DNA of 59,601 nt, counting the filler, from Callorhinchus milii (lineage: Eukaryota), in assembly GCF_018977255.1 (NCBI RefSeq). It is 2 parts of 2 records of this genome, joined end to end, with 100 filler letters (N's around TTAATTAATTAA, not from the genome) between each part and the next. Parts side by side here need not be neighbours in the genome. Positions count along the whole stretch, not along the records: positions 1 to 29,826 come from NW_024705643.1; positions 29,927 to 59,601 come from NW_024705644.1. One strand, given 5' to 3'. A program made the translations under genes and the position numbers. Shown here in pieces: positions 24,871-39,138 of the stretch. The notes below the pieces were generated by a model that worked only from the letters and a program-made list of their open reading frames with translations, ran no database searches and was not told the DNA's origin. Within the stretch, counting starts at the first letter, position 1; each line of letters starts with the position of its first letter.

Positions 24871-27306
24871 ATTTTCTTTTGTCCAGGAAGTCTTAAAAAA
24901 GGTGTCAAGTGTAGTGACCACAAATTTGAGCTAATGTTTCCCCAACTTCCTCTCCCGTTAAACCTGGCAAAGTTCCTGAAATTTTGCACCAGAATTTCAG
25001 CGGTGACCGCACAGAAATATATATAATACAACAACCACCACAACTACACAACAACAACAACAACAACAACAATCCCGGCGTTCGACCCGGCGCCTGATCA
25101 CGTCGTCGAGACGTCTCAAAGCGCTTCGCAGGATATGCTGTAAAGTGCAGTGACTGTGCGTTTGGCGGGCGAGACGCGGCAGCCGATCGCGCCCGGCGAC
25201 GTCCCCCCCACAAACAGCCGCGGGACCGAGTGAACGAGTCAAAAAAAAGAAAATTTCAGAGGGAGGATTATTACCCCCAGAAAGTGACCCACCAATTGAC
25301 TGGCGAGCGGGTTCCTATTTACCCCCGGGCGCGCGTGTGTGTGTGTCTGTGAGTGCGTGCGTGTGCGTGTGCGTGTCCTTGTGCGTGTCTGTGTGTGCGT
25401 GTGTGTGTGTCTGCGCGTGTCGTAAGGAAACTGCCTAAGGTTTCGCCCTGACCTGATCCTCTCGCTTGCGAGGCGAGTTGGGGGGGGTGGGGGGGGTGTC
25501 TAACCCCTGAGCCAGGGGGAGAGAGTCCACAAATGGTTCAAAACGCCTCGAAGCCCCCGAAATATACCTTCGAAGGAGGCAGAGGCAGTTCCTTTAGTTC
25601 CTCGGGGACGTACAACAATAATCGTTCAGGTTTCTATATCACTCCCTTCAAAGGCTCCCTCTGCGCATGCGGTCAGAATCCTGAAAACTACATTAAAAAT
25701 AGATCGTAGGTTATCCTAAAATACGGCGGATGACTACTTCACCGGCAGTGCTGTATTAAACAGATAAATCACCAATGTCGGGAACATATTATGGACTTTA
25801 ACCATCTTCACAGCCCTATTTGACAATGTTCTACACTCAGGTTGACCCAACTGGCGGCCCGCGGGCCACATCCGGCCCAGGGGATGATTGTACCCACCCC
25901 TCCCCCCCCCCCACACCACACAACCATTCTCCGCCAACAGGGGCTGGACGGTCAGGATAAAATATTGCTTATCCGGCCCTTACTTTTCGAACGCAAAGTA
26001 TTAATACTTTTCCATTGGGAGAGCTGAAAAATGGAAGACACTGACCTCCGGAATTCCATCCCGCAGTCCCTCCGCCTCGCCCCCTCCCTCGCCTCCTCCG
26101 AGACCGTCTCAAGACCCTCCTCTTCGACCGTCCGCGCATTCGGTCACCCCCCACCCTTCCCCCTTCCCCTCCCCCGACCCCCAGCTCAGGTCTTGGGACG
26201 TCCTCCCGACGTGAAAGGCGCTGTGTAAACATCATTTTGTCGTCGTTTTTCGAGCGTATAATTTCTCATTAATTATAAATCAACGTGACTGGGGTTTGGG
26301 AATGTTTTTCAGCAACGCAGGAGTAATAATCCTCGCATTCGACCCGACTGCTTATCACGTCCTCGAGGCGTCTCAAAGCGCTTCACGGGATACAACCAAA
26401 AAGTGTAGTGACTGCGCGTTTTGTGGGAGAAACCCGACAGCCAATTGCACCCAACGACGTCTCCACGAAACAGTCATGGATTGAGTGACCAAATTATTAG
26501 GATTTTTTTGGGGGGGGAATGGATTATAAACCCCCCCACCCCACCCCAGCCCCCACACCAATCGACTAACAAGAAAGTGCCTATCGTTTTGCCCGGTCTG
26601 TGGATCGAACCCGAGTCCTCCCGCTTGCGAGGCGGGGGGTCTAACCCCTGAGCTACAGGGATAACATTTAAAGGAATGATTAACATCGAACATGGGGCGG
26701 AAATAGCCAACATCCGGCCTCAGCCGTCAAAATTATCGACAAAACCCATGAAATTACCCAACAGACGGCCGGAGGGTCCGAAGGAGAAATCGACGGTTCT
26801 TCTGAAGAGCAAACGAACCTGATTTCCATCAGGAAAATAATATCAGGCGGCGGCGGCGGCGGGCGAGGAGGGGGTGGGGGGGGAAGGAGGGGGAAGAGGT
26901 GGGGAAGACAGTGTACAGTTTGGGGCACGATATGTCAAGCGATGGCCAGGATGGATGGTGGAAGGTCTCCTCTCGTCCAGCGAATTCTTGGCCGCCCGCC
27001 CGCCCCTCGCGCAGCCGCGGTGACTGGAGCTTCGGACGAGATCGTCCCGAGAGGTCCGCCCGGAGGCGGTGGAAACGCCGGGCCGCGGCGGCGAGCCGGT
27101 GACTTCGCACGGCAACGCAAAGCCAGCACTCTCGCCTCGAAGCCAAAGAGTTTCCGCGTCGTAGAACGGGACCCCCGTTTCGGAGACGGCGTGGGGAGTC
27201 CTGTTCGCCCCCACCCACACCCCCCCACCCCCACTTGTGACCACTGGAAGACAATTTCGGCATCAAACAGAGTGTTTTTTTTCCGTCGGGTCCGTCCCGG
27301 CGCCTC

Positions 27307-27471
27307 TCATTTCTTCTTCCCGAAGAGACTGAACTTGCGGTCGCCGTCGCGCTTGGGGTTCCCCTCGTCGGTGGACGAGGTCGTGGGGAGCAGTTGGCCT
27401 CTCTGTTGGGCGATCTGCGCGTGTTCCGTGATCGACGCGGAGATAGACTTGATCCAGTTTCTCATCTCCTC
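27307..27471 (-). CDS. SPTBN4: Spectrin beta non-erythrocytic 4, last coding exon
   Basis: tttcag|EEMRNWIKSISASITEHAQIAQQRGQLLPTTSSTDEGNPKRDGDRKFSLFGKKK*. LPTTSSTDEGNPKR matches the recalled betaIV-spectrin tail. Confidence 0.9.
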   Translation of the reverse strand, partial: EEMRNWIKSISASITEHAQIAQQRGQLLPTTSSTDEGNPKRDGDRKFSLFGKKK

Positions 27472-27526
27472 CTGAAACACAAGAGGTGTCCGGATGTCTG
27501 GTCAGGTCAGGGCGCCGAGGGATAGT

Positions 27527-27998
27527 AGTAATATAATAATAATAATAATAATAAAATAATAATAATAATAAAATAATAATAATAATAATATAGTAATGGT
27601 AAAATAATAATAAAATAATAATAAAATAATAATAAAATAATAATAATAAAATAACACTAATATAATAATAAAATAATAATAAAATAATAATAATAATATA
27701 ATAATAATAATAATATAATATAAATATAATAATAAAATAATATAATAATAAAATAATAATATAATAATAATATAATAATAAAATAATGATATTAATAAAA
27801 TAATGATAAGAATAAAATAACCATAATAATGATAAAATAATAATAATATTATAATAATAATAAAATAATAATATAATAAGATAGTAATAAATTAATGATG
27901 ATAATAAAATAATGATGATAATAATAAAATAACAACAATAATAATGATAAAATAATAATAATATTATAATAATAATAAAATAATACTAAAATAATAAT
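27527..27998. repeat. (AAT)n low-complexity tract (expanded SINE tail)
   Basis: Directly visible. Confidence 0.9.
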
Positions 27999-28441
27999 GG
28001 ACACGCCGTAAAGTGTAGTGACCGTGTGTTTTGTGAGCGTAACGCGGCAGCCGATCGCGCCCGGGGACGTCCCCCACAAACACACAGTCGTGGATTGAGT
28101 GACCAAATGATTTTTATTTACTTATTTATTGATTTATTTATTTAAAGGGATTATTAAAAGGTGATCCACCAACCGACTAACAAGTAAGAAAACCTGCCCT
28201 AAGGTTTCGCCCCGACCTGACCCACCCGGGAATCGAACCCGGGTCCTCCCGCTTGCGAGGCGCGAGGGGGGTCTAACCCCCTGAGCTACGGGGACTCCAC
28301 TCACTGGAGTTAGACAATGTTTGTGGGACACTCGGGAGGTGTGAGTCGACTGAAAATACAATTGGGGAAAGATTTTTCTGGTTCAGTATTTCTTAGGCTC
28401 TTATGAACCGATCCGATGGGAGTCACAGACACAACACTCAC

Positions 28442-28484
28442 CTCATCCTTCGCTTGGAAGAGATATCCATTCCCATCGTTAGTC
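28442..28484 (-). CDS. SPTBN4: SPTBN4 PH-domain micro-exon
   Basis: tttcag|G ACT AAC...: (R)TNDGNGYLFQAKDE, donor GAG|gtgagt; 43 nt. Confidence 0.9.
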
Positions 28485-28539
28485 CTGAAACACAGAGCGA
28501 GTGAAATATTACCTCATAGATGTCCCTTCGTTTTTTTGG

Positions 28540-29260
28540 GTGTCTGACACACACGGAAACCCGTCACCGTGACACACGCGGAAACCCGTCACCGTGACCG
28601 GTCGGGTGTCTGACACACACACACGGAAACCCGTCACCGTGACCGGTCGGGTGTCTGACACACACACACACGGAAACCCGTCACCGTGACCGGTCGGGCG
28701 TCTGACACACACACACGGAAACCCGTCACCGTCACCGGTCGGGTGTCTGACACACACACGGAAACCCGTCACCGTGACCGGTCGGGTGTCTGACACACAC
28801 ACACGGAAACCTGTCACCGTGACCGGTCGAGTGTCTGACACACACGGAAACCCGTCACCGTGACCGGTCGGGTGTCTGACACACACGGAAACCCGTCACC
28901 GTGACCGGTCGGGTGTCCGACACACACACACACGGAAACCCGTCACCGTGACCGGTCGGGTGTCTGACACACACACACACGGAAACCCGTCACCGTGACC
29001 GGTCGGGTGTCTGACACACACACACGGAAACCCGTCACCGTGACCGGTCGGGTGTCTGACACACACACACACGGAAACCCGTCACCGTGACCGGTCGGGT
29101 GTCTGACACACACGGAAACCCGTCACCGTGACCGGTCGGGTGTCTGACACACACGGAAACCCGTCACCGTGACCGGTCGGGTGTCTGACACACACACACA
29201 CGGAGACCCGTCACCGTGACCGGTCGGGTGTCTGACACACACACACGGAAACCCGTCAGC
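28540..29260. repeat. Third array of the palindromic minisatellite, variable (CA)n per unit
   Basis: Same unit as 4629-5115, inverted; lies in an SPTBN4 intron. Confidence 0.9.
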
Positions 29261-29495
29261 GTTTGGAATCGAACCCGTGTCCTGTCGCTTGCGAGGCGTG
29301 AGCTCTAACCCCTGAGCTACAGGGAGACTACAAAGCTGCGGAACTCCCTTCTAATTGGGGAGCGGAACCTTTAACACACACACACCTCCAGCCCAGACCC
29401 CCACTCCCCCCCACCCCACCCCCACCCCCCACCCCCGCACCCCCCACCCCCCCGCCCCGGACAGACAGCTGATGAATCTCTGAGACTGAACTCAC

Positions 29496-29669
29496 CGAAA
29501 CTTAAATACAAACTTCTTCTTTTTGTAGTCGTTCGCCACCTCACAGGTGGTCTCGTGGAGGTTGACCAGAGGCTCCGCGTTCAGGGTGGTCCCCGCCCTG
29601 TGACTTCTGCTGTCTTTGTAGAAGCCGAGGTCTCCATTACTCAGCACACAGTACACACTGACCCACGAC
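29496..29669 (-). CDS. SPTBN4: SPTBN4 PH-domain exon
   Basis: (R)SWVSVYCVLSNGDLGFYKDS...EPLVNLHETTCEVANDYKKKKFVFKF(R). Sites gtgtag| and CG|gtgagt; 174 nt. The gene is truncated by the end of the segment. Confidence 0.92.
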
Positions 29670-29826
29670 CTACACACACACAGACACACACACACACAGA
29701 CACACACAGACAGATACACACACACACAGACACACACACACACAGACACACACACACGACACACCACACAGACACATACCACACGACACAGACAACACAC
29801 ACAGACAGACACACACACAGACACAC

Positions 29827-29926
29827 NNNNNNNNNNNNNNNNNNNNNNNNNNNNNNNNNNNNNNNNNNNNTTAATTAATTAANNNNNNNNNNNNNNNNNN
29901 NNNNNNNNNNNNNNNNNNNNNNNNNN
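29827..29926. other. Artificial spacer joining two sequences
   Basis: N44 + TTAATTAATTAA (stops in all six frames) + N44. Confidence 0.97.
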
Positions 29927-30178
29927 CTGCTCTTGTAAGAGCACGGCCTGGTTAGCTGGGTGCCGGGATCCGTGCTTGACCAGGGCCGGATCAGATAGCC
30001 TCCCCTAGCACTCATAGCGGAGGACTGGGAATAGGACAGTCAGGGGATAGTGCTAGGGGTGTTTCCCATTGAGTACGGGTGAAGGGGCCGTTACCCCTTC
30101 AAGTAATGTTACCGCCTTTTGGTTAAATAAAAGAGTGTGCCTCAACTACGTCGTCTGTCTCCCTGAGAACTCACTACA
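29927..30178 (+). mobile_element. 3' part of a Gypsy-family LTR related to 33516-34090
   Basis: Shares AGATAGCCTCCCCTAGC..TAGCGGAGGACT, AATAAA, GTGTGCCTCAAC and terminal ACTACA. No PBS follows, so it is a 3' or solo LTR. Confidence 0.8.
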
Positions 30179-30812
30179 CTTGTATAAGTGTAGTGTATCG
30201 TGTCGTGTATAGTGTGTAGGTTAAACGTTGAGTTTTATAAGGGCACCACGGGGTGACCAGCCCCTCCCCACCCAGCCCCACCCCTCCCACCCCCACCCTC
30301 CCCTCCCCATATGCACGACAGACAATTAATCCCTGGTGGGCAGTGTGGAACCTGTTGTTCCTACCGGTATAACAGTGGGAAATATCTGAACCGGTCCTGG
30401 GCCTCCCATTGGTCGACTCAGCCTCAAATGAGTACCTGATGCAGTGTGTACATATCACCACGAGGGAGACAAATGCGTGGTGTTGGCCACCCACTCCCCT
30501 GTGTACTGTGCCAGTCCTCTGTAGGTCCTCACTAACACCACTTGCCTCAAAAATCTGTTAAGGCTATGAGGGGGGATCTTTGTCTTTGTACAGTGGCATT
30601 GGCTACGTATTAACTGATACTTTGCACGGAGTTTATGATACAGCATGGCCTATGTGTAACGCATCATATACCGTGTACACAGCACCATGAAAGTGTGTGC
30701 CGTATAATACAGAGTATGTGTAAAGGAGTATAGCCTGTGCACGCACTGCAGCGTTACTTTGAACTGAAACGTGGCATGGCCGTTATGTGTAGAACAGCAT
30801 TTCTTGTGTATA

Positions 30813-31807
<995 letters not shown>

Positions 31808-31868
31808 TTACATGCTGATGCAACTGCTTGTGAAAGAACCCCCACTAGAGGGAGGTCTAGAGTGCTGA

Positions 31869-33515
31869 TCCGGTGGGTATGTTTTAGCCAACTTTTCCAC
31901 ACTGACCATACGTCTTGAAAGAGGTGGGAGTACTCGCCATTTAGCCCACTGCACGCGACCCACCCATGGACTGTGGGTGGACAAAAACAGGGAATTGTAA
32001 GAATCCTGGTCAATGTTTTCAAGGCCAGGCTGGGAGATCGAACCGCGACATTTTAAGTCAATCGTGACAACCATTCCACAGTCATGGCAGCAGCCCTTTT
32101 GCAGAAATCAAATAAAATATTGGAGAGGGCTTCACACAAGAAACAAGAAGATTTAGTGGTTTGGATGTGGCTCTCCAATGAGTACAGGGAGGGTACCACA
32201 AGTAGCGGTCCATACTCGGGCGCAAGGAAATAAAAGCAGAGACAAAGAATGAGACAGATCGATGCAATAAAGAATTGGCAGTGGTGCACCAAGCACGACC
32301 CCTTGCTGAGCGCTGCAGCAGCCCCCCCCCATCCCCGGACCCCTCCCCCCACCCTCCACTTCTCACCCTGACGCCACACAACCCGTGGGTAGGCGATGCC
32401 CTCTGGTGGACAAGGCGCGGTACAGGCGGCAGCACGAGACGCCAGCAGCGTTGCGCTGCCAGGGTTACTCACCCGAACACCTCCGTACACTTACACACAC
32501 CTACACACAACTCTATACACTTACACACACACACCTCTACACACCTACACACACACATCTACACACTTACACACCCCTACACACACACCTCTATACACTT
32601 ACACACACCTACACACACCTTTATACACTTACACACACACACCTCTATACACATACACACTACTCTATAAACTTACACACACATACACACACCTCTATAC
32701 ACTTACACACGCATACACACACACCTCTACACGCCTACACACCTACACACACACCTCTATACACTTACACACACCGACACACACCTCTACACACTTACAC
32801 ACACCTACACACACACCTCTACACGCCTACACACACCTACACAGGACACCTCTATACACTTACACACACACCTCTATACACCTACACACACACCTCTATA
32901 CACTTACACACCCCTACACACACCTCTAAACACTTACACACACCTACACACACCTTTATACACTTACACACACACCTCTATACACATACACACACCTCTA
33001 TACACTTACACACACCTACACACACCTCTATACACTTACACACACCTATACACACCTCTATACACTTACACACACTTACACACACATACACACACACACC
33101 TATATACACTTACACACACCTACATACACCTCTATACACTTACACACACCTACATACACCTCTATACACTTACACACACCTCTATACAGTTACACACACC
33201 TACACACACCTCTATACACTTACACACACATACACACACCTCTATACACTTACACACACATACACACAAACCTCTACACGCCTACACACACACCTCTATA
33301 CACTTACACACACCTACACACACACCTCTACACACTTACACACCTACACATACCACCTCTACACACTTACACACCTACACACACACCTCTATACACTTAC
33401 ACACACCTACACACACCTCTACACACTTACACACACACCTCTACACACCTACACACACACCTCTATACACTTACACACACACCTCTATACACCTACACAC
33501 ATACCTCTATACACT
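31869..33515. repeat. Dispersed repeat copy 1 plus expanded ACAC/TATAC satellite (continues 40384-40678 after the Gypsy insertion)
   Basis: 31869-32485 is the near-identical reverse complement of 44346-44964; 40617-40678 matches 44227-44287. Confidence 0.9.
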
Positions 33516-34090
33516 TGTAGGGGTGTTACGGAGGGCCAGTATACATGGGATCACACGGGAAACAAACACAGTGGGCGGGGCTCCGTGAGCACACGGGGAG
33601 GCGCTCGCAACGACGTCCGCACCAGGCAGCCTGGGGGGGCTGGCCCAGAGTGTGATCCCCCGGGGGGCCCCACACCTCAGCGGGGGGTTGGGGATAAAAG
33701 GGGATGAGCCGGAGGGCTCGAGGCAGAATGTTACAGCTAAAGGCGTGAAGACCCAAGATCATCTAGCTAGAGCCCTGGACTCCCCTGGAACGCCGCCCTT
33801 GTCAGGGCCGCGCAGGACCGAGCCAGCGGCGTGGTCCCGAGAACCAGAGTTAGTGCTCTGGGACTCCGGGTACCGTAGCCCGACTCACCAGTGTCGGGCC
33901 AGATAGCCTCCCCTAGCTCTTAGCGGAGGACTAGGAGGTAGGTTAGAGATAGCTAGCAGTGTATTCCCAGCTAGCCGGGTGAGGGGGCCGATACCCCCTC
34001 TAGTATTGTATGACCGCGGTTGTAACCACTGTGCGGAATAAATACGTGTGCCTCAACCCCGAGTGTCCAAGCGTCCTCAACGGTACTACA
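33516..34090 (+). repeat. 5' LTR
   Basis: GATAAAA TATA-like at ~33693, AATAAA at 34037-34042. Confidence 0.95.
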
Positions 34091-34092
34091 TC

Positions 34093-34106
34093 TGGTGACA
34101 GAAGTG
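34093..34106 (+). promoter_or_regulatory. Primer-binding site, probably tRNA-Leu
   Basis: TGGTGACAGAAGTG begins 2 nt after the LTR; one mismatch to the recalled tRNA-Leu PBS TGGTGTCAGAAGTG. Confidence 0.7.
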
Positions 34107-34119
34107 AACGACCACGAAC

Positions 34120-35583
34120 ATGGACACGCGCCGGACAGCTCGTGCCGGGGTACCGGAGGCGGAGGACACCGATGAAATTGTGGAGCCCGAGACGGCTGCA
34201 GGAGGCATCGAGCAGCCGGGGCCGGACGCATCCTTACCTGGGCGTCGGGATGAAGAGGAGCCGGCATCAGAAGGACTGAGGCTGGCTCACGCGAGGCTGG
34301 CGGAGCTGCTGTACGCTGCTGCCGCCACGCTCTAACACATCACACGGTTGGGCGCTGCTGGACCGCCACGGGGCGAGGATAGCCGACGACCGGCGCGCCT
34401 TCCCGCCATTTCAACGGACGCCAACTTTGAATCTCCCGCCATCGCCGCTGCAGCTGCTGAAGGCGTGGCCGGCCTGAACCTCGGGTCCGACATCGGCCTC
34501 GCAGGGGCTGCCGCGTCATCACCAGCGGACGGAGCGTCACCACTGGTGCGACCGGCGATGCCATCCGTCGTTCGCGCCGAGGCACAGACGACTCACGGGG
34601 ACAGTAAAGTTCGAGCTTCCACGGCGACCGCTACGCTGCACCAACGGCTGCCCCCGCTCAAAGAGTTTGTGGGCGAGGAGGGCGCATGGGGCGGCTTCCA
34701 GCGGCGCTTCCTAGCGCACCAGGAAATGGCGCAGTGGTCGGATGCCGAGGCGCTCTGCGCGCTGCCGGCGCTTCTCGACGGCGACGCCCTCGCCGCTCTT
34801 ACATCGGTGCCCAAGGAAAAACGCTCCACGCTTCAGATGGCGCTGCAGTTGCTGGCCGCGGTCTACGGACCTTCAGCGGAATGCAGGCAGCGCTTTTATG
34901 ATCGCCAGCGGGGGGCAAAGGAGTCGCCCCTCACGTATCATACGAGTCTCCTGGCGCTGGCGAAGACGGCCTTCCCTCGCATGGACGACGAAGGCGTGGA
35001 CGCGATGGTTACGGAAAAAATCCTCCTGCTGGCGGACGACCTGGACATCGCCGTCGTTGCACAGGAGGACACAGAAATGGGTTCCCTCCAGGCGGCGCGG
35101 CTCCTCCACGCCAACCTGCTGTCGCAGAGACGGAAGGCCAACAGAACGGCGGCCGGGCGTGCGGTGGCTGCAGCCGCCCTCCCGACGGAGGACGTTTACG
35201 CCATCGACCATCGACAGCAGCAGAGGGCAGGTGTACGGGCGGGCCGCGACGGGTCGAGCCGCTCCGACCGTCCCTCATCGCCGCCAGCGCTCCCGCGCTG
35301 TTACAACTGCGGCATCCAGGGCCATGTCGCCTCGGGGTGCCGCTCTCCTCGGCAGCGCGGGGCGACGCCTCGACAGGACACCGGACCTCCTCCTCCCAAG
35401 CTCCATCAACATAACCCGGCGAGTCGCGGCACCCCCATGTTTGGCCCATGCACACGCCCGTCACACACTCGCACACCGCAACGAACGGGGGGCCGACATT
35501 GCGCACCGTCGGGCCAACACGCACCACTATGGGGACACAAATCGAACCCAGCCAGTAATCCATGTTGGCCCATCGCGTTGTAG
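34120..35583 (+). pseudogene. gag: Gypsy gag (CCHC knuckle), interrupted by in-frame TAA at 34333-34335
   Basis: ORFs 34120-34335 and 34348-35583 share one frame; CYNCGIQGHVASGC zinc knuckle. Confidence 0.85.
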
Positions 35584-38500
35584 CTGCGTCGTCGGGCTCG
35601 TCGGCCATGGTAGGGCACATTGACGGGGTTGAGGTGCGCATCCTGGTCGATACAGGAGCATCGGCGACCATCATTTCGGAACTCATTTACAATATTCTCC
35701 CTGTCCAGAGCCGTCCTTTACTGCCGGTTAACGTCCCATTCTATGCTGCTAACGGGGGCTCACTTGGCATCATTGGACAGATTCGAGCCCAAATTTGTAT
35801 CGGTGATATCAAATTGTCCGGCCCGATTTTTGTTTCCTCCTCGCTGGCGGTTCCGTGCCTGCTGGGGACGGAGTTCTTGGCCAAAATGCCGATTCGTATT
35901 TTAATAGACCAGGGCTGCATTGAGCTCCCGTCGGGGCGACGCATGGCGTTTCTGCCTTCCCCTACTGCGGCTCGAACGGCGTTCGCGACAGTACCGGCGT
36001 TCGTCGTCAAAACGGTTCGCGTACCGCCAGGGGCACAAATGTTGGTGCCTCTCAAACTTCGTCGGCCCTTCGCTAAGGGCATTGGGGACCAGGGAATTCT
36101 GCTGGGGCCATCTAGGGCCGGAGTTAGCGGACCTCATTTAATTCCGGCCCAGACCATCGTTAAAGGGGACGGGGACCCTTTCATCGCGGTCCTCAATGTG
36201 GGGTCGCAGACAGTGGTAGTTCCTCAAGGGACCGTGCTTGCTCACGCAACGCCGGTGCCCTGTGAGGAACCTGTCGCGAATCACGTCGGCACTGTCCCTC
36301 TGCCGCATCCACATTCGGACACCGATGAAGGGTGGCTCGAGGCGCTTTGTGCGGGATCGACGGACCTGTCGGATTTAGAGCGTCAAAAACTTAAAACACT
36401 GCTGCGCGAATTTTCCGACGTTTTCAGTCAGAACAAATTCGATTTAGGCTGTACCCATCTGCTGCGTCACCATATTGATACGGGTGACAGCGCGCCAATA
36501 CGCCAAAATCCCTTTCGGTTAAGTCCCGCCGAGAAGGACCATGTCAAATCGGCTGTTGATGACATGTTAGTCGCCGACATCATTTCTCCCTCTACCAGCC
36601 CGTGGGGAGCGCCGATCGTCCTGGTTAAGAAACAGGATGGCTCGTTGCGGTTTTGCGTCGATTTTTGCCGCCTCAACAAAATTTCCGTTGCCGACGCATA
36701 CCCGCTCCCGCGGATTGACGAATCACTTGACGCCTTGGCGGGAGCACGATTCTTCTCCACTTTGGATTTGCTTTCGGGATTCTGGCAGCTTCCTCTGGAC
36801 GATGATTCTAAGCCTAAAACTGCATTCCGTACACCGCACGGTCTCTTCCAATTCAACCGGTTGCCGATGGGACTCCACTCGACGCCGGCGACTTTCCAGC
36901 GATTGATGGAATTGGTTTTGGCTGGATTGCAATGGGATTCGTGTTTAATTTATTTGGATGACGTTATCGTCTTTAGCAGAACATTTGACGAGCATCTCCA
37001 GAGGTTGCGGGCGGTTTTCCTCAAAATGCGGGCTGCTAATTTGAAATTTAAACCCCAAAAGTGTCATCTGTTACGCGAATCGGTGCGTTATTTGGGGCAC
37101 ATCGTCGGACGCTCAGGTATTGCTACCGATCCCGCCAAAACGCAGTGCGTCAGCTCCTGGCCGACTCCCACCTCTGTGGAAGAGGTCAGGAGTTTCATTG
37201 GGTTCGCGTCATATTACCGACGCTTTGTCGCGGATTTTGCCACAATAGCTAAACCCCTACACGCTTTGACGTCAAAGGGGGTCCGCTTCCATTGGGGACA
37301 GGAGGAGGAGGCTGCTTTCAGCTCCCTTCGGGACGCTCTGGTTAAAGCCCCTCCCTTGATTTACCCCGATTTTTCTAAACCCTTTGTGCTCGACACCGAT
37401 GCGAGCAACACAGGTATTGGGGGCGTGCTTTCCCAGGTGGTTGATGGCGTGGAAAGGGTAGTCGCGTATGGCAGTCGGGTGTTGTCTCCAGCGGAGCAAC
37501 GATATTGTGTCACCCGTCGGGAACTGTTGGCAATTGTCTATTTCATCCAACAGTACCGGCCATATCTGTACGGTCAGCGTTTCACCGTCCGTACAGATCA
37601 TGCGGCACTACAGTACGCCCTGCGAGTTCAACAACCATCGGGACAATTGTCTCGATGGTTGGAGGTTCTCCAGGACTTTGATTTTGAAACCACGTACCGT
37701 AAGGGCGTTCGCCACACCAATGCGGACGCTCTGTCGCGCATGCCAACCACCTCCGAATGCGCATGCCTCCTGGGGTCGGGTCGTTGCAGGCATCCGGCTG
37801 AAATATCTGTTCCGGTCTTGGCGGCCGCAGACGACGCAGCGTCGATGACGAATTCGATCGCACAACAGGGATCAGATTCCCTGTTGGGGTTGCCTGTCAC
37901 TGAATGGGGGCGCTTGCAGATGGAGGATACCTCCCTCCTCGCGTTGCGTCGTCGCGTCGGGGAGGCTGGACGGGGGAGGGGTGATGCCGACGCGTGGGAA
38001 ATGCTCACGGGTCTGCTGATGCATTGGGACGGGAAATCCCATCGACACCGGCTGGTGGTCCCTTCGGGGTTACGGGGTAAGGTGGTGTGGGCCGCTCATG
38101 AGCGCCTCCTCCACCTGGGGACCCATAAGACCCTCGCCTTGCTCCAGCTTGATTTTTTTTGGCCGGGCATGACGAGGGACGTCGCAGATCTGTTGGGGTC
38201 ATGCCCTCAGTGTGCGCAGCGAAAACCACCAGCACGGGAGTCAAACCCGCCTTTGCAGTCTATCAGTCTCCAGAGTGAACGAACTTGTCGCGCTGGATAT
38301 TCTGGGCCCATTCCCCGCCACCCCCAGGGGAAATAGATATTTGTTGACCGGGGTGGAGTACTTCACGCGCTGGCCTATGGCCTGGCCCCTGGCCAACCAG
38401 TCGGCAGCAGCCATCGTGGAGGCCTTTGTCCAGGGATACATCCTGGACAAAGGTGCTCCGGAGCGGCTGCTGACCGACCAGGGCAAAAATTTTTCCGGCA

Positions 38501-39138
38501 AATTGCTCCAACAGGTCTGTGAGCTCCTGGGCACGAAAAAAATTCGTACCTCTCCCTATCACCCGCAAACTGACGGGATGGTCGAGCGTCTGCACCGAAC
38601 CATCACGTCTATGTTGTCACAGCAGGTTTCGGACTCACAGACCGATTGGGACTTGCAAATTCAAGGGGTCCTCGCAGCATACAGATTGGCCCCCCATGCT
38701 GCGACGGGATTTTCCCCCTTCTTCCTCATGTATGGCCGCGAACCTGACCCACCTGTTCGGGCCCAGCTGCAGATCCCCGCGCCGCAGGGAAAAACTAAAT
38801 TGGCCGACCATGTTAAATTTAACCTTGCGAAATTGACAGAGGCGCGGGATGCGGCCATGCAAAATTCCGACATGCGTCAGAAAGCTAATGAGCGCCTCAG
38901 AATGGGTCGCGCGCACGTGCTACAGTAGAAGCCGGGAGACAGGGCATGGCTGCACTGTCCCCAGGTACCACTCGCGACCTCCTCAAAACTGGTGCAGCCG
39001 TGGCGGGGCCCCGTCGAGGTGGTTGAGGTTGTGCGCCCTCAGTGCGTGCGCATCAAATGGGGGAAGCGCCGGTGGTTTGTACACCCCTCCAGACTGAAAC
39101 CCTTCGTTGCGGCGCGAGTTCCGACTCCACACACGTGA
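35562..39138 (+). pseudogene. pol: Gypsy pol (PR-RT-RNaseH-IN), frameshift ~38270 and TAG at 38926
   Basis: LVDTGAS, YLDD, VLDTDAS, HERLLH..CPQC. The DDE core (ALDILGP/LTDQGKNF/MVERLH) is in the shifted frame; GPY/F-like PWRGPVEV lies after the TAG. Confidence 0.93.

Noticed and set aside
32385..33707. 440-aa His/Thr/Tyr-rich ORF
   Set aside because: Translation of the ACAC/TATAC satellite.
33895..33960. Possible HDV-like ribozyme in the LTR (GCCTCCCC.. loop resembles L3)
   Set aside because: No consistent P1/P1.1/P2 pairing could be built in the three LTR families.
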